Shown: piece by piece, positions 47,896-62,560 of the stretch | Numbering within the stretch: the stretch's first letter is position 1 | How the letters are laid out: every line of letters begins with the position of its first letter | DNA from: Octopus bimaculoides | Lineage: Eukaryota | Reading direction: 5' to 3' | Assembly (NCBI RefSeq): GCF_001194135.2 | Contig: NC_069004.1 | Coordinates: 31,264,756-31,328,755 of the forward strand | DNA length: 64,000 nucleotides | Translations under genes and position numbers: made by a program | The notes under the pieces: model-generated | Told to the model about the DNA's origin: nothing | Database searches by the model: none | What the model saw: only the letters and a program-made list of their open reading frames with translations

Positions 47896-50800
47896 GTAAG
47901 AAGCTTGCTTCCCGACCACATGGTTCCAGGTTCAGTCCCACTGCGTGGCACCTTGGGCAAGCGTCTTCTACTATAGCCTCAGGTCGACCAAAGCCTTGTG
48001 AATGGATTTGGTAGATGGAAACTGAAAGAAACCCATCCTGTGTGTGTGTGTGTGATCACCCCTTGCTAACCGGTGTTGACGGTTTAAGATGAATTTTTGA
48101 TGTACATTGGAAAAAGTTTTTCTCTAGAGTTCTATAGTTGTTTTGTTTTAACCTATATTCACTTTAACCCCAAAAGTAAAAAATACCCAAATTTGGGTCT
48201 TCTTTTTCCTACCCCTCCACCGTGAATATAGGAGTAAGTTATTCCAAATCTAAGCATGATTCTGCAGGTTCTATCTAATAGAGAAAATAGCACCAGGAGC
48301 CATCTTACCAGTGAGCCACTGTACCAATGGGATGCTACTAGTCCTGCATAAATTACATCAAGGTACCACACTTAACAACATGAAAGGACACAAGAGAGAA
48401 AGAGAAAGTGAGAAAGTAACAGTCTTACATACCCCTATAGAACAGAATGGTCACACTTGGAATGCCATTCATAAGTCAACTTGATCAAGGCTGACCTTGA
48501 GCTTAACATCACATTAATAGGTCCACTGTCTTGTTCAAAGAGCTACACCAACCCTGTATTGTCTATAGTATCCAAGGATTCCAGTTAACTGATCTTACAA
48601 GAGTTATATCCCTTGCTTTTCTGTTTCTTCGTTTATTTTCAGATCTTTAAAAATCGCCAAGGGGTACTTTTCTCAGCAGCTCCAGTTTTTTCAACTCACT
48701 ACGTTATGGGCACACTACTGTATTTATACTGTCTATATGACCAAACATTTCACAAGCAATATTTCTTTTCAGTCATAACACGCATTATATCCTGTTACAT
48801 CTGAATCGATGTGTAACAAGAGCATAATTAGAAACCAATTAACTCCCAGCAGCCAAGAAAAAAAAAAAAAATGTTCAGTATAACAGCTTGGTTACTATTA
48901 ATAATTTTATAATTAGTTCCTTGAACTGGTGGAATCATTAACACACCAGATGAAATGCTTTGTAGTATTTCGTCTGCCGCTAAGTTCTGAGTTCAAATTT
49001 CGCTGAGGTCAACTTGCCTTTCATCCTTTCAGGGTCAATGAAATAAGTACCAGTTGCGTACTGGGGGTCAATGTAATCAACTGTACCCCTCCCCTAAAAA
49101 TTAAAGTTTTGTGCCCATAACAAAAAAGATTATTTCTACAACTAACTTACGTATCATTTCAATANNNNNNNNNNNNNNNNNNNNNNNNNNNNNNNNNNNN
49201 NNNNNNNNNNNNNNNNNNNNNNNNNNNNNNNNNNNNNNNNNNNNNNNNNNNNNNNNNNNNNNNNNNNNNNNNNNNNNNNNNNNNNNNNNNNNNNNNNNNN
49301 NNNNNNNNNNNNNNNNNNNNNNNNNNNNNNNNNNNNNNNNNNNNNNNNNNNNNNNNNNNNNNNNNNNNNNNNNNNNNNNNNNNNNNNNNNNNNNNNNNNN
49401 NNNNNNNNNNNNNNNNNNNNNNNNNNNNNNNNNNNGAAAGGGAATCTGTTGAATAAAACAATCACGATTAATTGATCCTCCTGTATTTTCTTTTACCCAA
49501 AGCCAGGAACTTTTCCACACCCCATCATATCTATTATTTATATACATGCCCGTGTGTCTTCTGCTATAGCCCTGGGCCAACTATCTTGTGAGTGGATTTG
49601 CTAGACAGAAACTGAAAGAAGCTCAGAGTGTGTGTGTGTGTTTATGTTTGTCTGTCCCTCCCACCACTTCACAACCAGTGTTGGTTTGTTTACATCCTCA
49701 TAACTTAGCAATTCAACAAATGGGAAAGATAAAATGAATACCAAGCTTTAAGAAAAAATTTTTTTTTTTTTTTTAAATATTAAGTTTGATTTGTTCAACT
49801 AAAAACTTTTCAAAGTGGTGCCCCAACATGACCAAAACCTAATGACTGAAACAAGTAAAAGATGAAAGATATATATTCCTGTATTCTTAAGTTTCCAAAA
49901 AGCAATTTATGCATTATATATCATCATCATCATCACTATTGACCGTCTGCTTTTCCATGCCTTTCCTGTTGCCAACCCTTATCCATTTTAAGCAAGGTAA
50001 TATTTAACCATGGCCAGTCACAGAAGAGTGGAACCAAACGACATCACTTGTATGATGGTGATGCTTGTTTACAGCAATCTCCTGATGTCAACACAAAGCT
50101 ACACACACACACACAATGGGCTTCTTTCAGTTCCCTTCTACTGAATCCATTCACAAAGTTGTGGTCAGTTTGGGGCTGTAGTAGAAGACACTTGCTGGTG
50201 TGGGACTGAACTCAAGACCACATAGTTGGGAAGCAAGCTTCTAAACCCCACAGCCATACCTTGGAGAATAAAATGGGGATTGAATTTTATAAGAATCTGA
50301 ATCTGATGGGGATTGAAAAAAGCATGGAAATGGGAGACAAAAAAATTTCGAAAAAAATATTTTTTTTGAATCGTAATTTTCATTGAGATACTATAATATT
50401 GTTAAAAACTAAGAAACCCCACCCCCCAAAAAAACCCCAACTAATTCCATGCTCTTTCCCTCTCCTTATGAGCATCAGAGTAGTTATTGTGTGAGGAGGC
50501 ATTGAATGCTTGGAGACCAGGGCAAACATTAGTAATTCAGTCCCACTCACAGCCCATTACCCCAGCCCGACAAAAGCCAGACAAAAGGCTTTCCAAAAGA
50601 AGAGCTTTCAATGTGATGCTAGTCAGACAACAATATTAATTCTATTCTCCTACCAGATCATATGAAATGAGTGATTTTAAGCAGTTTAAACAATAACTTA
50701 GATGAATCAATAAGCCTGTTCTAGATCGTTCTCTAAACTACGATGTCTGGTTGTATAGAGCTCTGTCGACAGACGCTTAACAACAGACTGGTAAACATTT

Positions 50801-53645
50801 CCAAGTCTTTCACTATCTACACTCTCGAAAGTTATTAAATATTTACCTGCTCAGATCAGGTATCATTCAAGTCACAATTCTAGCATTGCTATAAATCACT
50901 TTGGCAATTCTATAAGCCGACCACAAACGCATTAAAAGTTACTCCAAAAAGCTAACACGCAAAAGGGAAAATTACCTTTAAGTGGGGAAGGGGAATGCCA
51001 AAAACAACAATAAAAGAAAAAAATGAAACTATGTGCACAAATAGATCTTGTATCTTTTGTTTGTTTCAGTCATTAGATTGCAGCCATGCTGAGGCCATCG
51101 CCTTGAAATGCCAGCACTTAGTTTTAAGTCTGGGATTTATTCTATTGGCTTCTTTTCCTGAACTGCTAAGTTACAGGGATAAACAATAGGCACAAGCGTG
51201 GCTGTGTGGCAAGAAGCGACTGAACCGACGAGCTGGCAGAACTGTTAGCACGCCGGGCAAAATGCTTAGCGGTATTTCGTCTGTCTTTACGTTCTGGGTT
51301 CAAATTCCGCCGAGGTCGACTTTGCCTTTCATCATTTCGGGGTCAATAAATTAAGTACCAGTTGCGTACTGGGGTCGACGTAATCGACTTAATCCCTTTG
51401 TCTGTCCTTGTTTGTCCCCTCTATGTTTAGCCCCTTGTGGACAATAGAGAAATAAGAAGCAACTGAACCGCTGGTGGGATGTGTGCCACCAGNNNNNNNN
51501 NNNNNNNNNNNNNNNNNNNNNNNNNNNNNNNNNNNNNNNNNNNNNNNNNNNNNNNNNNNNNNNNNNNNNNNNNNNNNNNNNNNNNNNNNNNNNNNNNNNN
51601 NNNNNNNNNNNNNNNNNNNNNNNNNNNNNNNNNNNNNNNNNNNNNNNNNNNNNNNNNNNNNNNNNNNNNNNNNNNNNNNNNNNNNNNNNNNNNNNNNNNN
51701 NNNNNNNNNNNNNNNNNNNNNNNNNNNNNNNNNNNNNNNNNNNNNNNNNNNNNNNNNNNNNNNNNNNNNNNNNNNNNNNNNNNNNNNNNNNNNNNNNNNN
51801 NNNNNNNNNNNNNNNNNNNNNNNNNNNNNNNNNNNNNNNNNNNNNNNNNNNNNNNNNNNNNNNNNNNNNNNNNNNNNNNNNNNNNNNNNNNNNNNNNNNN
51901 NNNNNNNNNNNNNNNNNNNNNNNNNNNNNNNNNNNNNNNNNNNNNNNNNNNNNNNNNNNNNNNNNNNNNNNNNNNNNNNNNNNNNNNNNNNNNNNNNNNN
52001 NNNNNNNNNNNNNNNNNNNNNNNNNNNNNNNNNNNNNNNNNNNNNNNNNNNNNNNNNNNNNNNNNNNNNNNNNNNNNNNNNNNNNNNNNNNNNNNNNNNN
52101 NNNNNNNNNNNNNNNNNNNNNNNNNNNNNNNNNNNNNNNNNNNNNNNNNNNNAAATTAACGTGCAAGTGGCTGAGCATTCCATAGACACGTGTACTCTTA
52201 ACGTAGTTCTCGGGGATATTCAGCGTGACACAGTGTGACAAGGCTGACCCTTTGAAATACAGGTACAACAGAAACAGGAAGTAAGAGTGAGAGAAAGTTG
52301 TGGTGAAAGTGTACAGCAGGGTTCGCCACCATCCCCTGCCGGAGCCTCGTGGAGCTTTAGGTGTTTTCGGTCAATAAACACTCACAACGCCCGGTCTGGG
52401 AATCGAAACCGCGATCCTATGACCGCGAGTCTGCTGCCCTAACCACTGGGCCATTGCGCCTCCACTTTCTTTGATACAGACCATACACAAATCACAATTT
52501 GTATCAAGTATTTGTTTTATACTTTTATAAATTAGGTATCAGTTTAAGCAGAAGATCGACACAAATGGGTTAATGCTAGAGACAAAGGAAAGTGAATATT
52601 TTACAGCATTTTATGAAAATGAAATTATAATTTTCCTGTTTTGCACTTATCTAAAATGAAAATAGGCCTAAAAATAATCCTAGAAAAAGAGATGTGTTTT
52701 CCCCCGCTGTTTATAGGCTGACAACATAATCATGTCATCATCTTGTGCCGATATCATGATTGCATAAACTAATAAACTTGATTTGATTTTCAGATAAATG
52801 AGTTTTAGAATTGAAATAATTTATATCTGCCTAGCAACATCACAATCAGAAATATCGGGAGGAGATGATTTGCTGATATTCTGTTACAAACATAGGATTT
52901 ATTAAAGACAAGAAGCATCAAGGTAATTGAAAACTGACTGAAATAGAGAAGGGCTCCACCATCATGAACCCTGCGACACTATACCCAGAAAAATTTCTTA
53001 AAAATGGTACCCAGAAATGGTAAAGATGACCTAAAACAAGATCAGTAATTGCTTATTGATCATAGTGTTTGATCTACTTTCCAGTATAGATAACACCTAT
53101 ACTTTGATTATTATATATACAAAATCTGAACTGGTGATAATTCCAAGCATTAATCATAAACTGCCAAGGACTAAAGATCAATATGATAATTTTAATAATG
53201 TACTTGTTCTATATATGTATACACAGAAATAATACAATATCTAGTTACATCGATAATAATGCTGCTAACACATCGATATCTATAAATGTAATCGAAGCCT
53301 TTCCCTCTATCACTGGGTTTGGTAACAAAGCTAAGTCAAAAACTCATACCATCTCTAAAGAGAACAACTGATGAACTAACTAGCCTGTTACTTCATCCAC
53401 CTACTCTGAAGATATAAAATGCAAGGTAAAGAATGATATAGGCACAGGCTTGGCTGTGTGTAATAAGTTTGCTTCTCAACCACATGGCTCTGGGTTCAGT
53501 CCCGCTGCATGGTATATGGCACCTTGGCTAAGTATCTTGTACTATAGCCTTGAACTGACCAAAGTTTTGTGAGTGGATTTGGTAGATAGAAACTAAAAGA
53601 AACCCATAATATAGACTCGTGAATATATATATATATACGTATATA

Positions 53646-53684
<39 letters not shown>

Positions 53685-56216
53685 TTGTGTATCCGCTACC
53701 ACTGCTTGACAACTGGTGTTGGTGTGTTTATGTCCCATAACTTAGTGGTTCAGCAAAAGAGACTGATAGATTAAGTACCAGGCTTAAAAAAAAAGTACTG
53801 AGTCAATTTGTTCAACTAAAAACTCTTCAAGGCCGTGCTCCAGCAAGGCCACAGTCTAATACCCGAAACAAAAGATAATTCAATTTACCTTATTTTATCT
53901 ATCAATACATCTCTCTGTTTGCCTGTCATCTATCAATATATCTAACATTATGTATTGATATATCTACCTGGTATCTATGCACATCTCTTCCTGTCTACGT
54001 ATTTGTATATATTTATCTACTTTAACAAACAGATACGTGTTTAAACTAATTACAGAATAAAAGAAATAAGACAACACACCCAGCAACAAGATCTGTCTAA
54101 ATCTACAAAGGAAACTTCAATTTCATCTATCTATCCATCCATCTATCAATCATAATCTTCATCATTTAGCGTCCATTTTCCATATTGGCTATCTCTCTAT
54201 CCATCTCTCTACCCAACTAGCCATCTATCCATCTACCCATCCATCCATTCATCCACTTGTCTATCCATCTATCATCATCATTATCTAGTGTCCATTTTCC
54301 ATGCTGGCATGGGTTAGACCGTTTGACTGGAGCTAGTAACCAGGCTCCAGTCCAATTTTAGCTTGGTTTCTACGACTGGATGCTCTTCCTAACACCAACC
54401 ATTCCAAGAATGTAGTTAGTGCCCTTTACGTGTCACCAGCACAGGTGCCCTTTACATGTCACCAGCACAGGTGCCCTTTACATGTCACCAGCACATGTGC
54501 CCTTTACGTGTCTCCAGCATGAGTGCCCTCTACTCATCACCTATTCTGTAAATCTATCACTCAATCTATCAATTCTGTATATCTATCTCCACTCTATCTC
54601 TCTATCTACTCTGTCTTTCTCTCTGTCAAGCCATCTCTCTCTCTCTCTCTCTATCCATCTACTTTTTATCTGTAATCTGTAACAACAAAATTCTTATTCT
54701 TTAAAACCGTCACCCTATTCCTCTATTCTGTTATACTAACATTTAACAGTGCATAGATTATATTCACAACATAAAAAATAAGAAAACACAATGAGAGAGA
54801 AAAACCCAGAAAATAAAAGAGAACTGTTCAATGGTAAAAAAAACTTGTTACACAAAGACCTGTTGTTCAACCTACTGAAAATAGCAGTCAAAACTCCAAT
54901 ACACACTTTACCCTCCCATGTTAAATAAAGGCTGTACTGAAGTATATTTCTTGTACAAAACTTTTCCTTGAAGATACAAGAGGCTCGCTCTCTCTTTCTC
55001 TCTCTCTCTCTCTCTCTTGTTGAAAGTAAACTACACTCTTGAGTCACCCAAACCACTTCACAGGTCACCTGAATTCCCTTTGCATCACATCCTACTAACA
55101 AGAATTTGCACAGGAAAACGTGCAAATATATATATATATATACAAGCAGTTTTGCTTCCCAGTCACATGGTTCAAGGTTCAATCTCACTGTGCGGCACCT
55201 TAATCAAATGTCTTCTACTATTAGTCTCAGGATGACTAAAGCCTTATGAGTGGATCTGGTAGGCAGAAACTGATTGAAGCTTGTCATGTGTGTGTGTGTG
55301 TGTGTGTATGTGTGTGTGTGTGTTTGACACCAGGTCAGCAAGCTTGTGGGGAAAGGACAACACAAGTCAGTTATAAAGGGACATCATATGTTATCTTCTC
55401 GAGTGCTATCAATTTGTAAGTGTTGATTTCCCAGTTTCCATGACAAATATATTCCCCACCTGGACAAGATGCCAGTCCACCAAAGGATTACTCATTTTCG
55501 CCAGCTGAGTAGACTGGAGCAACGCGAAATGAAGTGTCTTGCTCAAGGACACAATGTGCCACCCGGTCCAAGAATTGAAATCACAATCTTACGACCATGA
55601 GTCCAACACCTTAACCACTAAGCCATGCACCTTCAGTTGAGAACTGGGGTTAATATAATCGACATATCCGTTCCCTCCAAGCTTGCCAGAATCTGTTACA
55701 AATATCACATTTCTTTCATAAGATATGTGAGCTAAATTGCTGATTTGTATCCTGTTTGTAGGAATCAAACGAAAATAACAGAGGTCTTATATTAAGTGAT
55801 ATTTTATCAATTGCCTCAATTAAGGCTCTGTTGTATACTACAATTATTAAGTGCAGATGACACTGTTTAATGACAAAATTGACAATTAATGATTATAATT
55901 TCCATTCTCACATAATAAGCATGCAAACATAAAAAAGTAGCACAGTTAAATTTCTCGTTAAATAAATGGTCATTCTGTATCTTCAACCGTTTAGTTTCCT
56001 GTAGCAATCAAATATATATTATATATATATATATATATAAATGTTTATATAAAGATGCAGTCGTGACTGTGTGGTAAGAAGCTTGCTTCCCAACTACATG
56101 ATTCCGGGTTCAGTCCTACTGCATGCCACTTTGGGCAGGTGTCTTCTACTATAGCCTCTGGCCAACCAAAGCCGTGTGAGTGGATTTAGAAGACAGAAAC
56201 TGAAAGAAGCCTGTCG

Positions 56217-56251
<35 letters not shown>

Positions 56252-56439
56252 CTGTCTGTCTCCTGCCATCACTTGACAACCGATGCTAGTGTGTTTATGT
56301 CCCCATAACTTAGTGGTTCAGTAAAAGAAACCAATAGAATAAGTACTAAGCTTGCAAAGAATAAGTCCAGGGTCAATTAAAACCCTTTAAAGCGGTACTC
56401 CAACATGGCAGCAGTCAAAGAATATATACACAGACACAC

Positions 56440-57030
56440 ACATTTAGCCTTCCACCATAGCTCCAAGATGGTTCCAAAACTCGGTGCATGTGTTCTGTAC
56501 TGTATCCAAGGGGAGATTTTTGAATGCCTCCTTGATCTTGGTGTTATAGGCAGAGTGGTTGGTGTCTTTCTCAAATGCATCCCACATTTAGTAATCCATG
56601 GGATTACAACTGGCAGATTAGAAAGCCAGAAATTAGAACTGGTGAAGTTGTAAAAATTATCTGACAACCATTTCTGACTCTTTCTGGAACCAAATCCTGC
56701 TTTCACATATTTGATGTTCCAGCTGCAACCATCTCCAGGCCAGGGGTTTGACCGTTCTTCAGCAGCTTCGTTATGGATGGATTCTAGCGTGCGGATGCAG
56801 TCAGAATGCCTGCTGTGTTCTTTCCTGCTGGCCATGGCTGCATAGTCTCCACTGCAACTGTCCTTGTCCCATTTTACAGCCTTTACAATGTTCACAGAGA
56901 ACTGAGCTACAGTCACGATGTCAGCATCTTGGTACCTTGCACAAATCATCACAATACAAGTAACTCTTCTAGTATTTAGACGGCTTCCAGTCCTCCGTGT
57001 CAACTACCTTTTCTCAGAGAGCTATGGTCT
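56440..57030 (-). mobile_element. Internally deleted Tc1/mariner-superfamily (maT-like) transposase remnant
   Basis: SRKSQKWLSDNFYNFTSSNFW, then after a frameshift CNPMDY*MWDAFEKDTN, matching the WP..SPD.NP.DY region. N-terminal HTH-like segment in track ORF 56377-57003. Confidence 0.7.
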
Positions 57031-57879
57031 TATATCTGTTGACATTATTTTGTCATCTATAACAATTACGGCTCTATTGTAGATTTCATTTATGTAATCT
57101 ACGAATGATAAACAACATAATTAGCAGCTAATGACTATATCCTTCATATTTGTGGAATTGGCAAAAATGCAGTAACAACTCTATGATGGTTGGCATTTCT
57201 GAGAATAATGAGCCAATAACTGCTACTTTCACATTGTAATATATATATATACACACACACATATATATATATCTCGTCATTTAACATCTGTTTTCCATGT
57301 TGGCATGGGTTGGACGGTTTGACAGGAGCTGACCAGCCAGAGAGATGGCCAGGCTCCAATTGTCTGTTTAGGCTTGGTTTCTATAACCAGATGCCCTTCC
57401 TAATGCCAACCACACTACAGAGTGTGCTGGGTGCTTTTTACATGCCACCAGGACAGGTGCTTTTACAAGGCACCAGCAATGAGTACATCAAATAGGACAC
57501 TGGCATGGGTGCATTTTATGTGGCAGCAGCATCTGCAGGGCTGGAAGGGGGAGTAGGGAGCATAGCCATAAGGGACATACCTGAATATATTGATGGCTCA
57601 ATATGACTGATTTAGCATTCAGATCATTCTGTCAAATTTAATCCTTATTTATTCACATTCATTTGAACTAATCATGGATTATTGCGTGCCTAACCACTGG
57701 ACTGGTCCACGTGCCTTCGCTGTAATATGGTACAAACTATAAAAGATAGCTTGGATCTAAACAGAAATGTTGCTGTCATTTAGCAGTTATTCCCAAACAA
57801 CATAAGTTTGTCTTTGGTAAAGTGTTCTACATGTTTGCTGGTGTATGAAATCATAGTCGTGGCTGTTGTCAGTGTAATG

Positions 57880-58260
57880 TAACTGGTACCTGTGCCAGTG
57901 GCACATAAAAAGCACCTTTCAAGCGTTGGACTCCACAGAGGCAATGTGGCCGATTTTAGTGTCATGGAAATCGCAACCGTGCCAGTGGCACGTAAAAAGC
58001 ATCGTTTGAGTGTTGGGCCTCACGGAGGTAATGTGGCCAATGCTGGTGTCGTGGAATGAGAAAGTGTGCCAGTGGAATGCAGAAAGCACCTTTTGAGCAC
58101 CCATCCTGGTACCACATAAAAAGCACCCATGCTGGTGCCATGCAAAGAGCAACCATGCTGGTGCCACATAAAGAGCAACCATACAGGTGCCACATAAAGA
58201 GCACCCATGTTGGCACCACATAAAAAGCACCCATGCTAATTCCATGTAAAAAGCGCCCCC
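57880..58260 (+). repeat. About 24-bp minisatellite in the 5' region of a family-D element; reverse-oriented equivalent at about 54420-54530
   Basis: Repeats of catgctggtgccacataaaaagcacc-like units. Confidence 0.75.
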
Positions 58261-61200
58261 AGTACACTCTGTAAAGTGGATGGTGTTAGGAGAGGCATCC
58301 AGCGGTAGAAACCATACCAAAACAGACAACTGGAGCCTGGTGCAGCCCCTAGGCCTTGCCAGCTCCTGTCAACCCATCCCACCCATGCCAGCATGGAAAA
58401 CATGTTAAATGATGATGATGTATGTATGTGTGCCATATTTCCTTCCAAAGGGAGTGCTGTGAGCCACAGCACATTGACTTCATGCTTTGAGGAAGCGGTG
58501 CAGCCACTATTCCAAGGTCATTAACTTTATGGCACATCATTCCCACGGATTTGATCTATTCTCAGCTCATAAACTGGCCATGCTGGGGCACCGCCATTAT
58601 TTAAAAATAATTTAAGGAAAGTTTATTTCAGATAACTTTCTCAGTTGATTTACACAGAAACATCAGCAGACATTCAGGCTGGACAAGATTGGTACAACCT
58701 TGGAGCTGTGCTGAATCATACATTTTAAGTAAACAATTAACATCAATTACATGATTAATTCTCACGAGATTAAAGAGTTACATTCATCTACCTTTAGAAG
58801 TCATCTTTTGTCACTTTGGTAATATCAGGAAATATACTGCATATGATTTCTAATCAAAAAGAGTGAAAGTGCTTTGTTTGTACAGACTGACCTTGAAATC
58901 TGTGGCGTATGAACAATAAGTTAGTCTTCTCACTCACTTCTGTTGCTTATAGTAGAACTTGGAGGTCAAGTGTGTAGTGTGGGGGTGTCTCAAGAAGAAA
59001 ATCGGGTTTCAGGTGTGTATGTACCAAGGAGGATGAAATCTTTTTTGGAAATGGTCATAACAAGTAACAAATCATGGGTTTTTTATGGCTATTACCCCAA
59101 AAATCAAGGCAAAAAAAAAAAAAAAAAAATTCAAATCCCAATTGAAAGGAACAAGATTTTAAGACATTGATGAAATCTAAAGAGAATGGAATGAGGCAGT
59201 GGCTCACTATCCCAAAACAGGAGTTCCAGGAATGCTTCCATCAGCAATGTTGGATAAAGTATGTGGTTTCAGAAAGGGACCAGTTCAAAGGAGATTAAAT
59301 GTTGAATTGATATGTGTTGTATTGTTATATCTTGAGATGGTTGGGGGGGGGGTTTGGTTTTCTTTTTTTTTTTTGTCAAATAAATACACACACTGTATAC
59401 CTGTTCTTCAGTTTAGCTTTATTGTTGTTTTTTAATTTAATGTTCTTTGCCTGAAAATCTTTCATTACACACCTGTAACCTCTTCAGCAACTCTCCATTG
59501 CATGTGTCGCTTCCTGTTCTGTTTAATCCAAAAAGACAGAATGGACTAAACAGAATGGGAGGAGACACGTGGGATGGAGAGGCACTGAAGAGGTCACAGG
59601 ACGTGTGACAAAAGATTTCCAGACAAGGGACACAAAATAAAACAAGAACATTAATAAACAAGTGAAGAACAAAAATATATCGTATGTGCATTTATTTGGC
59701 AAGAAAACTAAAAAAAAATTGCCATCCTGAAATACAACAATATCTGTTTCAACACATGGTTTCACAACAAGAATCTTACAAAACAAATACATATCTATTT
59801 TAGCTTTCTTTTTATAACACCTGTCCTAATACTTTTTGATCAGAACTCATATATACAATAATTATAATTAACTTTTTATCAAAAAGGTATTATACTAAAG
59901 TGTTACTCATCATGTAATGGGTAATTTTGGAAGTATATTTGTGCCATCATAGGTAATATCAGAAAATATAGATTAAACACAATAATCACAATTCAACTTT
60001 ATACCAAAATTTCCTGATGCTTATGCAAAATGATAAAATGAATATTAATTTTTTAAAAGAAAAATATTCGTTATTTTAAAATAAAACAATTTTCTCGTAT
60101 CTTATCTTTCACTTGTTTTGATCAGTAGAAATATATATATATATATATACGCACACACATATCATCATCATCAACATTAAATGTCTGTTTTGCATGTTGG
60201 CATGGGTTGGACAGCTTAACAGGAACTAGCAAGGCCAGAGGCCATGGCAGGTTTTCTCAAGCACAACAATGCACCACATAGTCCAGTCATCTCATCTTTG
60301 TAAGGTTCAGCATTTCATATATATAAATATGTGTGTATTTAGGTAGGGGACTCCGAAAGGGGTCTCAGGGAGTAGCCTTCCTGAGCTAGTTTTCCACCAC
60401 ATTTCTTAAAAATTGTGGTAGAGGCTTTGGTCTAGGGACCACTCATGTCTAGAAACTGAGGTTGGGGGTAAGCAAGAGCATGGTCCCTGTAGAAAATCCA
60501 GCTCCAAAAAAGCCTCATGACAGCAAAGGAGAATGGGTACCGTAGCCATGGCCTTGAGAATGGGTTTGGCAGACAAAAACTGAAAGAAGCTTAGTGTGCG
60601 TGCATGCGTGCGTCTGTCTTTGTGTTGACATAACAAAATGTTTGCAAATGAGTAATGTTAGTAGTTGTAGAAACATTGCCAGAACAGACTGAAGCCTGGT
60701 GGGGCCTCCTGGCTTGCCAGTCCTCAGTCAAACCGTCCAATCCATGCCAGCATGGAAAGCGGATATTAAAGATGATAATGAGTCATCAAAACAAAGTTGT
60801 TTATTTCCAGTCTATTGTGAAACACATAACTATTAATGTGTAACAAATATCTTTGTTCGGAACAAGTCAACCTTGTAACATATATATCATCATCATCATC
60901 ATCACGATATCCGTTTTCTATGTTGACATGGTTGGATGATTCGATAAGAACTAGCAAGCCGGAGGTCTGCACCAGGCCCCGATCGTTTGTTCTGGCATGG
61001 TTTCTCTGGCCGATTGCCCTTCCTAACACCAACCACTTTACAGAATGTACTCAGTGCTTTTTACAAGGTGCCAGCATGGAAGTTTTGTCCGTGACACCAG
61101 CACAGATGCTTTTTCACTTCTTTCAATTTTCATCTTCGAAATCTACTCACAAGGCTTTGGTTGGCTCGAAGCCATCATAGAAGGCACTTGCCCAGGGTAC

Positions 61201-61621
61201 CTCTCCAGAGGACTGAACTCCTGAAACCATACAGTCAGGGAAGCAAAGATCTTGACCACATAACCACTCCTGAAACTATACACCTACTAAACAACTATTA
61301 CAGCCTTCATCCTGTTGATTGCTATCTTCCTGGTCTACATAGAATTTCATGTTCTTCACACGCAAACCAGGCAATAACCTGGGACAGAGGAAGTAAGAGA
61401 GTGCATTCTAGAGCAAAAATCATTTACCCAACTGGTTGGGTTTTTTTTTTTTTTGGTTTTTGGTTCAGTCTGTGGCCATGCTGGAGCACCACCTTTACTC
61501 AAACAAATCAACCCCAGGACTTATTCTTTGTAAGCCTAGTACTTATTCTATCAGTTTCTTTTGCTGAACTGCTAAGTTACGGGGACATAAACACACCAAC
61601 ATCGGTTGTCAAGTGATGGTG

Positions 61622-62560
61622 GGATGAAGCTCATAAAAGACAACACCCTTCTGATCCCACCAAATGGAAAGCATAAACTTCTTCAGGTGACTCCCTGCTT
61701 TGGAAGTCGTTAATAGTAATTCACCATGCTGATGCCATAATCATTTCATGTCACATTGTTATGGAAAATCCATTTTTCATCCCCTGTAAGCCCATCTTTA
61801 AGGGGGTGCACTGGACAGTACTGCCCCCTCACTATTCAATGGTGCACCCTCAAATTTAGAAAATACAGTTTACAAAAATTTTTCTGCAATACAAATTAGT
61901 GCCCACCCAGAATAGTCTGAAGCACCTCTAAGCACCTAAGTTTGGTGATGGGCCTGGTCCCCTGTCACCATTCTCTTCAAAAAAGGAACATTTTCTTCAT
62001 GTTTCCGCAATGAATCACAGATGGAATTCCATTGGGTGAGGTTAACCTCATTCAAACATCAAGCTTGCTGATGATGCCAAGTTGATGCAGATGGTTTCCA
62101 ACACTCAATTTGGATATTTGAAGAACATCTGCAGGCATCTTGGTTGTATACATGAGGACAGTGTTGGACTAACTCTTTCATTTTGTTACTAAATTTCAAT
62201 TGGCCAGCCAGACCCAAAAATTTCCCCAATTAAAATCTTAAAAACCACTTCTAGCATGCACATGTTGTCACAGGCATCCTCTCCGTACACAACACATATT
62301 CAGGCAGGCTTTTGCCACATTCTTGCCTTCTTTAAAATGAAAAAAAAAGACCGTGTGGTATCAGTAATGTTCATTCCCATTTTCCATTCGATTCCAAACA
62401 CACAAAATACAACCTGTCTCATTGCAAGCTCACATCAAACTACAACGCAGCGTTAGATATCTAACAAGTGCACAAGGGACAAGCTGAAGTTGGTTACTAA
62501 TTAAAGTACTTGAAGTTTAGCATCGACATAAACTAAACGAACTTCTTGACCGACTAAACA
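61622..62560 (-). mobile_element. Decayed mariner transposon, 3'-truncated at a SINE and interrupted by a 170-bp insert
   Basis: Remnants FKEGKNVAKA.LNICVVYGEDA, NHLHQLG..SKLDV, CDSLRKHEENVPFLKRMVTGDEKW and KKFMLSIWWDQKGVVFYEL. Confidence 0.88.
61788..61957. mobile_element. hAT-like MITE nested in the mariner
   Basis: Exact 8-bp direct repeat TCCCCTGT at 61780-61787 and 61958-61965; imperfect terminal inverted repeats aagcccatc / gatgggcctgg. Confidence 0.7.

Noticed and set aside
50551-50618. Possible minus-strand exon ITLKALLLESLLSGFCRAGVMG
   Set aside because: Donor present, but the acceptor is mediocre, there are no linked exons and I recognise no family.
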